Shown: positions 38,641-47,847 of the stretch, piece after piece
Layout: every line of letters starts with the position of its first letter
How positions within the stretch are numbered: the first letter of the stretch is position 1
Origin: Oculina patagonica
Taxonomy: Eukaryota
Direction: 5' to 3'
Length of the DNA stretch: 64,000 nt
Assembly: GCF_052425735.1 (NCBI RefSeq)
Contig: NC_135769.1
Span: 10,044,001-10,108,000, forward strand
The notes under the pieces: generated by a model
What the model saw: only the letters and a program-made list of their open reading frames with translations
Told to the model about the DNA's origin: nothing
Database searches by the model: none
Program-made: the position numbers and the translations under genes

Positions 38641-41600
38641 TCACGCACAGTCCAAAAGGGCAAACACCCTGCACGGACCACCACTTCCTCCACGGATGGA
38701 CATTGGTGCTGCATACACTGTAAAACCCTTTACGGGCAGCTGTGCCATGTAGGCAAGATTTTCCAGGCCAGGGATGTTTTCTTTGCAGAGAATTTGATGG
38801 GTTTCAAACATTTTAGACTGCCCATAATCAATTGATGCTGTATCTATTCCAACCATCTTAATTTGTCTATTTTTGACCAACCAGCGAGAGGCATCTGGGT
38901 GTATACCTGCAGACAAAAACATTATTAGGTAATGAACGTTTATTCGTTTGTCTCACGATAGAATCGCTTTGAGATGTTGATCGCGACGTTTCGACTGCAA
39001 TACTGCTAGTCTTCATCAGGCGATGAGGTCGATTGTTTACGCGTCGCTATTTATGCACGTTGGTTCGCTGTGATTGGTGCATTTCGATCCTCATTATTAT
39101 TCCGACTAACAGATGGTGTTCCCTCATAGGTCCGCTTTGTAGTTGAACGGCTGTTATGCTTTCTGATCGTAGGTATCCATGCTTCAGGAATTTCAATTCC
39201 GCTATCTCTATTGATGTTATTAGAATGAAGTCTTATTTGGATAGCCTCTTTGACCCTGCGTGTGTATCGGTGAGGGTCACGATCGATAAACTTGACTTGA
39301 TTCCATAAAGGAATATGCCCCGTTTCGTTTGCGTGCTCCGAAACTGCGGAGGTTTGTGTATGAGCAAGCCTTATGTCTCTGTCGTGTTCTTTTATCCTGT
39401 CTTGCATCGCTCTCCCTGTTTCCCCTATATATACTTTGCCGCATTCACATGGAGTTTTGTATACAATACCTTCTTGTTTGCCTGGTTCTAGGGCGTCTTT
39501 CGGTCGTACTAAGTAAGACCGAAGAGTTGTGTCAGATTTAAAGACGGTGCGAACGCCTTGTTCTTGTAGGCAGCGGCGAAGAACCTCTGATACACCTTTA
39601 ATATAGGGTAAAACCGCAGTAGATTTAAATTCCTGCGTGGGTTCGTTGTTGGCTGTTGGTCTTGTGGTCTTAGTAAGTTTTCGTATGAACGAAGACGGAT
39701 AACCGTTAGAAACAAGTACCGACGATAAATGTTTCTTTTCTTGAGAGATAACTGATGGTTTTGTTATGAGGTGTTTGGCTCGGTCATATAGACACTTAAC
39801 AATACCACGCTTCACTGACTGAGGATGGTGTGAGTCATAGGCTAAGTACTGATCAGTGTGTGTGGGCTTTCTATATACACAGCTGGTAGTAAGAAGGCCG
39901 TTTGAGTCCCTTATAACTGACGTGTCGAGAAAGGGAATGCTGTTATCTTTCTCGGTTTCCATGGTAAAACGAATAGTGGGCTGTTGGCTATTAAGATGTT
40001 GTAAAAAGCCGTCGACTTGGTCTTGATCTAATATAGTAAAAGTGTCGTCTACATATCGCTTCCAGATCTTAGGTTTGTAGATCGCACTTGCTATCGCACG
40101 CTCCTCAAAATCTTCCATGAAGATGTTGGCTATAACCGCGGAGACAGGGCTCCCCATAGCGGCTCCGTCCTTTTGTTCGTAAATTGATCCATTGTATTGG
40201 AAATACGTGGATCGTAAAACAAAGTTTAAAAGGTCGGCAATTTGTGTAGGTGTTAGGCTTGTGCGGTCAGCAAGACCGGGATCGTTTTCTAGTTTGCGAA
40301 GTGCGGCCTTTACGGCGTCTTCGATTGGCACGTTCGTAAATAAAGATTCTACGTCAAATGATACCATGATTTCCTTTTCTTGTATTCTTTCATGGTGGAT
40401 GGTATTCACGAAATGAGTAGAGTTGGTAACTGCATACTCTGATTTGCCTGTCAGTGGGGACAGGATGTCAGCTAAATGAGCCGACAAGTCATAAGCAAAG
40501 GTGTTTATACACGATACAATAGGTCTCAATGGTATATTTGATTTGTGTATCTTAGGCTGACCGTAGATCCTAGGCGGCTGTTTGTGCTTGGGCCTGATCT
40601 TGTTGTAGATAGTTTCTGATAGATGTCCACTTCGTTTTAAGCTAAGAAACTTCTCAGTGAGTTTACGGCTGAGTCGATCCGTGGGGTCTTTATTAAGAAG
40701 TTGATATGGACCCGTTTCGATTAGTGCCTTCATTTTATCATGGTAGGTGTTAGTGTCTAAAACTACACTTGCGCGACCTTTGTCGGCTGGTAGTATCATA
40801 ATAGAATCGTCTTGTTTTAAGTTGTTAAGGGCTTCATGCATTTCCTTCGTGATGTTAGGCTTTGGTGGTTCAGCCTGTTGAAGGACGCTATTTACAACAT
40901 CTTAATAGCCAACAGCCCACTATTCGTTTTACCATGGAAACCGAGAAAGATAACAGCATTCCCTTTCTCGACACGTCAGTTATAAGGGACTCAAACGGCC
41001 TTCTTACTACCAGCTGTGTATATAGAAAGCCCACACACACTGATCAGTACTTAGCCTATGACTCACACCATCCTCAGTCAGTGAAGCGTGGTATTGTTAA
41101 GTGTCTATATGACCGAGCCAAACACCTCATAACAAAACCATCAGTTATCTCTCAAGAAAAGAAACATTTATCGTCGGTACTTGTTTCTAACGGTTATCCG
41201 TCTTCGTTCATACGAAAACTTACTAAGACCACAAGACCAACAGCCAACAACGAACCCACGCAGGAATTTAAATCTACTGCGGTTTTACCCTATATTAAAG
41301 GTGTATCAGAGGTTCTTCGCCGCTGCCTACAAGAACAAGGCGTTCGCACCGTCTTTAAATCTGACACAACTCTTCGGTCTTACTTAGTACGACCGAAAGA
41401 CGCCCTAGAACCAGGCAAACAAGAAGGTATTGTATACAAAACTCCATGTGAATGCGGCAAAGTATATATAGGGGAAACAGGGAGAGCGATGCAAGACAGG
41501 ATAAAAGAACACGACAGAGACATAAGGCTTGCTCATACACAAACCTCCGCAGTTTCGGAGCACGCAAACGAAACGGGGCATATTCCTTTATGGAATCAAG

Positions 41601-43658
41601 TCAAGTTTATCGATCGTGACCCTCACCGATACACACGCAGGGTCAAAGAGGCTATCCAAATAAGACTTCATTCTAATAACATCAATAGAGATAGCGGAAT
41701 TGAAATTCCTGATAAGATAAGATAAGATAAAAACTTTATTACCGTGTCTGTGTGTTTAGCCCTTTTGGACTAATTGGGGACAAAGCATGGATACCTACGA
41801 TCAGAAAGCATAACAGCCGTTCAACTACAAAGCGGACCTATGAGGGAACACCATCTGTTAGTCGGAATAATAATGAGGATCGAAATGCACCAATCACAGC
41901 GAACCAACGTGCATAAATAGCGACGCGTAAACAATCGACCTCATCGCCTGATGAAGACTAGCAGTATTGCAGTCGAAACGTCGCGATCAACATCTCAAAG
42001 CGATTCTATCGTGAGACAAACGAATAAACGTTCATTACCTATCTTACACCACGATGAACAATATTCACATCTTTAATGACAAAAACATTATTGTTAGCTG
42101 AGCAAAAGCCAGTACACACAACAATCGTCATCTCTACTAGAAACCTCTCATGAATGCAACCAAGAGTTACAGCCAATCTGCTAACATCAATTTGGATACG
42201 TTATTGCCAATACATTTTTGTCACAACATTAGACTGTGCACAGCCCTCTATTTTTTCGTATTTTTTCGATCGATGAGCGCGGGAAAAGAACGTCGAGAGA
42301 ATTGGACGCAACGCAAAACGGGAGGCGCAAGAGGGTGGCTGATTCTCTTCCTTTTCTGCGTTAAAAAAAGAGAGGCTGTGGACAGTCTATCACAACATCA
42401 GCAGCAACAGCAACAACAATAACAAAAAAAGCAACACCAACAAAAGCACCACCACCAACAAACGTTTTTTTTTTCTTATCTCACACCTGGAAAATGCAAC
42501 AAGCTAAGGTCATCTGTGTCAGTTCCGAGGTACTTTTTCTTGTCTGGCCAATGTCTTCCCCAATTAGTAAATACCAACAATATCACATCATCAGGGATCC
42601 TTCCGTGCTTTTTTTCCCAGGCCTCCAAATCACTTGTCATCAGCTGGGCATCAGGGCTCTTGAAGAGAATTGAAAGAGTTTATGACAGTTACGTAAACGT
42701 AAATGTACCTAACAGCTAGCTGATCGGCAAACTGAGGAAGTCATGAATGAATCCATCTTGAAAAGAGGGAAATCTTGTTCCACTCCCACTTTTGCTCAGC
42801 CTCATTCACGTTTATGTAAAGAAGGGAAGAAAAACAGACGGGTAGGGTGTGTTCAATATGCACGCGTGGGAAAATTTGATGGCCTACAAAGTACTTAAGG
42901 GGGGAGACCCTTAACAACAAAATGGTTGCTATGGATGACTTCTAACCATCATATCTTTCTTGGGCACCATTAGGATCCTGAGTTTAGTTTTTGGCCATGT
43001 TTGTCCTATTGGAGGTTGCCTTCATTTTCAGTAGTCATGACCATATTTGGTAAGTCACGTGACCAGAAAACAAAACCTCTTAAAACCCACAAAGTTTACA
43101 TTTTTCTTGGCTTAAATCAACACCACGGGTAGAGTGCATTGAGAAGCAAAATTTGTAGCATGGATTTGCTGAAATTTACATTATTTTTTAGGTTATGATG
43201 TCACAAAAACTTTATGACGTCATAGCTTTTCCAATATCGCGATTCAATGACTTTAACACAGGATACTAAGAGAAGCCAAGATATGACGGTTAGAAGTCAT
43301 CGATGTTATTGTGTCTAGAAGAACTAGCTAGAACTCTAAAACACTCCTTAACGGGACGAAATTTTGATTTCAATTCAAAGAAAAGCGCTATTCATCTCTT
43401 TTTATGCTCTTTTCATGCTTTTGCATCATCATGTCAACTAAATTAATTCACTTAGGAGGCAAATTCATCAAAGGCGTGATTTTTTTCTTCCATTAGGTAG
43501 GAGAAGTGTTGGAAGACCAAGAGCAACTTGGCTTAAAATGGCAGAAAAGGAAAGAAAGCAGGAAGAGCTGGGGTAAAAAGTTGGGAAGGAATCGGTCGAG
43601 TGTTGTAATGGCAAAGAATCACTGAAGCCCTGTATGCCACCAAGACACTGATTAGATA

Positions 43659-43692
<34 letters not shown>

Positions 43693-44111
43693 GGCATGAA
43701 TAAGGGAAAGATGTTTATACCGTACTCCGACGAGAAAGGAATATAATAATCACACGAATTACATTTTACCTGGGCAGCTTTGGAGGATATATCTATCTTG
43801 ATTGCAGGTCCAATGAGCCGATCAAGAGGAATTTCATGTGCTGTCCATTTGCCCTCAGCAAAGTGACTCGGCGCGTCGAGATGAGTTCCTCCATGTTCGG
43901 CGCCGCTTAGGTCATACTTTGAGTAGTAAAAACCATCATCAGTATAACCGTCAAACACTTTGGTATGCTTGAAGTTCAGTGAAGTGGGCCAGTAAATGGT
44001 CTCATTGTCAAAAGGATAAGAGAGCTCGATCCATTCTTGTTTCAGTGGTCCTCCCAGGACTGGAAACCAAAACAGTGCGCTGAACGCTAGCTTTATAACA
44101 AGAGTTGTCAT
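38641..44111 (-). CDS. Cyclase-family paralog 5, intact 259 aa, secreted form; Penelope insertion in coding intron 2
   Basis: Exons 44111-43770, 42658-42487 and 38906-38641. EHGGTHLDAPSHF; ends CRVFALLDCA*. Very similar to paralog 4. Confidence 0.9.
38980..39024 (-). ncRNA. Minimal type I hammerhead ribozyme (Penelope pLTR, left arm)
   Basis: ATCGC-CTGATGA-A-GACT(a)GCA-gtat-TGCAGTC-GAAA-CG-TC^GCGAT. Confidence 0.85.
39051..40841 (-). CDS. Penelope-like RT plus GIY-YIG endonuclease (N-terminally truncated)
   Basis: ADKGR, PKIHK..PLRPIVS, SFDVESLFTNVP, GAAMGSPVS, RYVDD, FLD, YRKPT, GIVYK.PCECGKVYIGETGR. Confidence 0.93.
   Translation of the reverse strand: MHEALNNLKQDDSIMILPADKGRASVVLDTNTYHDKMKALIETGPYQLLNKDPTDRLSRKLTEKFLSLKRSGHLSETIYNKIRPKHKQPPRIYGQPKIHKSNIPLRPIVSCINTFAYDLSAHLADILSPLTGKSEYAVTNSTHFVNTIHHERIQEKEIMVSFDVESLFTNVPIEDAVKAALRKLENDPGLADRTSLTPTQIADLLNFVLRSTYFQYNGSIYEQKDGAAMGSPVSAVIANIFMEDFEERAIASAIYKPKIWKRYVDDTFTILDQDQVDGFLQHLNSQQPTIRFTMETEKDNSIPFLDTSVIRDSNGLLTTSCVYRKPTHTDQYLAYDSHHPQSVKRGIVKCLYDRAKHLITKPSVISQEKKHLSSVLVSNGYPSSFIRKLTKTTRPTANNEPTQEFKSTAVLPYIKGVSEVLRRCLQEQGVRTVFKSDTTLRSYLVRPKDALEPGKQEGIVYKTPCECGKVYIGETGRAMQDRIKEHDRDIRLAHTQTSAVSEHANETGHIPLWNQVKFIDRDPHRYTRRVKEAIQIRLHSNNINRDSGIEIPEAWIPTIRKHNSRSTTKRTYEGTPSVSRNNNEDRNAPITANQRA
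41713..41783 (-). mobile_element. 71-bp LINE/SINE 3'-end fragment with AATAAA and (TCTTA)n tail, inserted in the right Penelope arm
   Basis: Absent from the left arm (CCTGA|AGCATGG). Similar TGTCCCCA..TAG...GACAC..AATAAA end at about 9170-9228. Confidence 0.7.
41943..41987 (+). ncRNA. Minimal type I hammerhead ribozyme (Penelope pLTR, right arm)
   Basis: Identical to the left-arm copy. Stem I ATCGC/GCGAT; predicted GUC cleavage after 41982. Confidence 0.85.
42230..42389. mobile_element. MITE TAGACTG...CAGTCTA with 9-bp TSD
   Basis: TCACAACAT at 42221-42229 and 42390-42398. Confidence 0.8.
43495..43692 (+). mobile_element. RTE-clade LINE 3' fragment with (GAT)n tail
   Basis: GRRSVGRPRATW..AEKER..LG.KSW...W....EAL followed by about 11 GAT repeats. 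Confidence 0.65.
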
Positions 44112-44249
44112 AATTCCTGTCGAGATAACAGAAAATCCTGTTAAACGCAGCCATAGGTCTTATGGATAGTCGCAGTAATGGTTTACAAATTATAATGCAA
44201 ATTGGGAACTATTGGAAATTCTGCTGAGTAGCTCCATTTAATAATCAAG

Positions 44250-44317
44250 TAGTCTGCGAGCAGGCTCCCAAGTGGGGCAGAGCGAAAACGATCGACCGAT
44301 AGCCTGTCCTCAGGCTA
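44250..44317. mobile_element. MITE TAGTCTG...CAGGCTA with 9-bp TSD, shared by paralogs 4 and 5
   Basis: ATAATCAAG at 44241-44249 and 44318-44326. The copy in paralog 4 (about 29317-30626) is split by a later insertion. Confidence 0.7.
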
Positions 44318-44845
44318 ATAATCAAGTGATTGGTTTCCAAAGAAACTGTTTTACTGCGTCAGCGTGCAGATCAGTGAAAGTTTTAGTTTATTTGATGAAG
44401 GTCTAACACTTGTAATATGCTCCAAATCCGTCCCAACAATGTCAATTTCATACTAAATTAAGTCCTAATCTTATAGTCATTAGTAGTCATCAACCGATAT
44501 ACTGACTTTTCAAGTAGCATGCTGTCAGAAGCACATTAAATGTTGTGATATTGTAAGCATAAAATAGATGTGTTAAGTGCAAAATTATCCAGGAAACTAG
44601 TTGAAACGTTCTTAAAGTCCAAACAGGAAACAACAACAATAACAGCAATCTCTAGCATTTTTTTCTAAAGGGCTATAAACAAGAGTGATATTGAAGCAAA
44701 GACCGATACAGCATAGAATGACTATAAATTTGGTCTACAATATCTGGCCAAACCAGTCTTCTTCAGGTACAACGAGAAATAATTTTCATTGGAAGAGGTG
44801 TACGTGATCACGGTATTCGTGTAATAAACGTAAAACTAATTTGTA

Positions 44846-45706
44846 ATGCACCAGTCATTTGAAACCCCCGCCCCCTCCCCCCCCCCCTCGGGCATGGGCG
44901 GGGCATTCACTTTTTTGGCAAGTGAAAGCAAGTGAAGTCCCCGGCCCTCGGGAGAAAAGTGAATGGTGAACTCCCCCGCCCCTTTATATGATCCACACAC
45001 ATGGTAATTCATGTAGAAAACTTGTTATAGCCAAGCACAACAAGGGATGACAGTAAGGGATGATAAAAACGTTGGTAGCCGTGAAATGAACACATTGATT
45101 TCAGAGCAGCTAGGAATACATTTGCAAAGGCTCCCCGATGGACAAGGAAGAAGACGACTATTATTTGAAATTTCCAACTCAACTTTATATGGAAATGCAG
45201 GATGATATTACAATATGCTCTGTGTTTTTTGAACAGCTGGCTCTCTGTTAATGGATCTCTAAAACTAGAAACTTCCTATTACCAGTACATTGTATTCTAA
45301 CTCCGGCAACTTAAACTATCATAAATGAATGTCTCCAGCGTCTTTAATTAATGCGCTATTATTGTCAAACTAACATTTAACGTAAAAGGAATTTCTCAAA
45401 TCTTGCGGACAGTTTTTAGTTGTATTTCACTCAGTATTAGTAATTTATTCATCTTGAGCGAGTGGACATAAATAATGTATGCGAAATTACCATGTGCGAA
45501 ATTACCATGTGATGTGCAAACCGCTGACCATGGAGTGAGTGCCCCGCTTATTCCACCGGTCTGGGATGCGAAGACCGTGATTTCTGGCGCATCCCCCGCA
45601 TAGTGGGGGACCAAAATGGAGTGAATCTGAAGTGAAAGCCCCGCTTTTGCCCTGCTCATGCCCGAGGGGGGGGGGGGTGGTTGGGGATTTCAAATGACTG
45701 GTGCAT
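44846..45706. mobile_element. MITE with ATGCACCAGTCATTTGAAA TIRs
   Basis: 19-bp TIR plus inverted CCC..CTCGGGCATG subterminal blocks. Confidence 0.75.
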
Positions 45707-47343
45707 AAGTGTGAAATTAAAGAGAACATAAAATAAAACCCTTTTTAGGGTTTAGAAAAAGGAGATTAACTAATATGTTTTTATTCCCTTTTTGAGTCTA
45801 ATGCTTGCGTGCGCTTTGCGCATGCGCATTAGACTCTTTGTTATATGAAAAAAGCTGTTAGCAATCCCAAGGGAATGGTTCGGGATCGATAATTGTTCGC
45901 TGTAATGTAGAAAACAATGATCAGCTGCAAGAACGGACTCCGTACGGACACGCACGATTAGTTTCAATTAAAAACAGCCAATCAGCGACACGTGTTCCCA
46001 CGCATAATTAAAAGTTCTTTCTCAAGTCACGATTATTCAACACTTGAACAGGACGAAATAATTTTCCAGTTAAGACATTTGTAAGCTTTTTGTGAAAATA
46101 AATCTTCGTTTTCAGTTCAGTTAAGCACTTGTGTTTTCGTCTTGCTTAAAAAGCAAGACGTCTTTGAGAAAAAATATTTCGACGGCGACTCGCGTTTATT
46201 TACACAATGCGACCAAATATTTATTTTGTTTTAAAAAATAGAAAACTTTACCTCGGTTTTTGTATTTAAGTCATTCGAATTTTGACCAATTTTTTCTTTA
46301 CAGTGCAAACAAAAACCTTCAAAAATAAAAGATGTACATGGATAAATGTAAATCAAGTTACGCGACTAAATCAAAATGCGTTTGTTTGGCCGCTTTGCAG
46401 TATTACTATTCACTATTACACTGTCCCGGCCTTTGCCATACACTGAAATCGAATTTCATGCTTTTACGACTCTCAGAGATCTTAAGTTCTTCTTACAGCT
46501 AGAAAAATCATAAAATGGTTACATTGATATGGAAGTGATGATTCGCGAAATTTGTACATCATGATAAACAGTCTTCGCTCCTGTGTATGGTAGCTCGATA
46601 ATAATTGCCTAGTTTCCAGCGTTCAAAAGGTCATCATTATATTGACGTGAGCATTTACACCCGTTTTTAGGAAAATCTGTCACTAAGTGCTTATAGTACA
46701 ATGGAGTAACAGTCACTATTTCAAGTGCTTTTATTGCAAAATCTGTTTCAAGAGTCATCATCAAAATGGTGAAAAATCTGAAAGAAAACGATGTGAACTT
46801 CTTCAACCCTTGTTGTAATGAACATGCTTTTTGTAAATCGTCACGCAATCTTGTCCAAATGTTTAATCGTTTCTGCTTTTACGGACAATACGGAAGAAGT
46901 AACATCAACTCCTGTTCATACTTTAAATTTTGTGAAGCATATAACATTTATGACTGTTTCGTTTTCATCCATAATCATCCACGATGCCCCTAGCTTGCTA
47001 TAAGCATTTTAAATTAAACTCCCGAACACAAACCTCTAACCAATTTTAACCGGCTTACGAAAACCGCGCAATCTGTATCACTATGCCATACGGCATTAGA
47101 CTCATGTCACCCTTGGTGACCTATTTTTTTTATTTTAAGCCGATTAGGTCACTATTGATCTAAGGTATACCAGCAGGATTATCGTCCGCGTTTGCTTGCT
47201 TTAACATTTTATAAACAAGACACCTTGTTCATACGTATCGTAATATCGTGTTACGAATGTCACGCTATAATTGTCGAGCAATTAACCAAAAAATTTTAAA
47301 TTTTTAAAACTTTGTTTTAGCAAAAAAGCTTCGTCGAGCTCCT

Positions 47344-47847
47344 TGTAGGTGGCCAGACTCGAACTGTGCCACGAGTAAAATCTTGCCACGGAAACTTGTT
47401 TTCTTAAACGCACACCATTATACCACCGAGGAAAATGGCCCAGTCTTTAATTTGTCACTATTTTTGGATTTATTTCCTTGTTTGATTTAAATACGATGTG
47501 GTCGACTGAAATTACAATTACATAAAGGTAAATTACTAACAGCGAGGAAAGCGGTTCTACACGCGAGACGCGAATAACAAAACTAGCTATGTACATCACA
47601 ATTTGGTGATCTAAGAAAACAAATAACTAAAACAATCGAAATTAATTGCTGATGAAATAAACTTACTCACCAACGTTTCCACGTTAAATCCTAACTTTGT
47701 CCTTATACAATTCTTGTTTTAGCGATTTCTGATTCTTCGATCTAGCTATAGCCTCTTCACACACGTAACTGATCTGATCTTATGGTGCTGTTACACTGGT
47801 TCTTGTAATGAAACATACCATCGCGCGCCTATATGGCAGCGGTTACA
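47344..47847. mobile_element. Solo LTR, 504 bp, 5-bp TSD
   Basis: CTCCT|TGTA...TACA|CTCCT. Empty paralogous site GAGCTCCTTGTTTGAAG at 35401. Confidence 0.85.

Larger units (their letters stand above)
38927..42077 (-). mobile_element. Penelope-like retroelement insertion, 5'-truncated with an inverted 3' duplicate, 15-bp TSD
   Basis: TSD GACAAAAACATTATT at 38912-38926 and 42078-42092. Arms 38927-40005 and 40891-42040. Tail 42041-42077. Empty site in paralog 4 at 27862-27876. Confidence 0.93.

Noticed and set aside
40862-41725. 287-aa plus-strand ORF as an independent gene
   Set aside because: It is the inverted duplicate of the Penelope 3' half, with a chimeric start and a stop created by the 71-bp insert.
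198-44111. Recent horizontal transfer or bacterial contamination of the kynB-like genes
   Set aside because: Conserved spliceosomal introns and animal TEs throughout; any transfer would be ancient and cannot be judged without a phylogeny.
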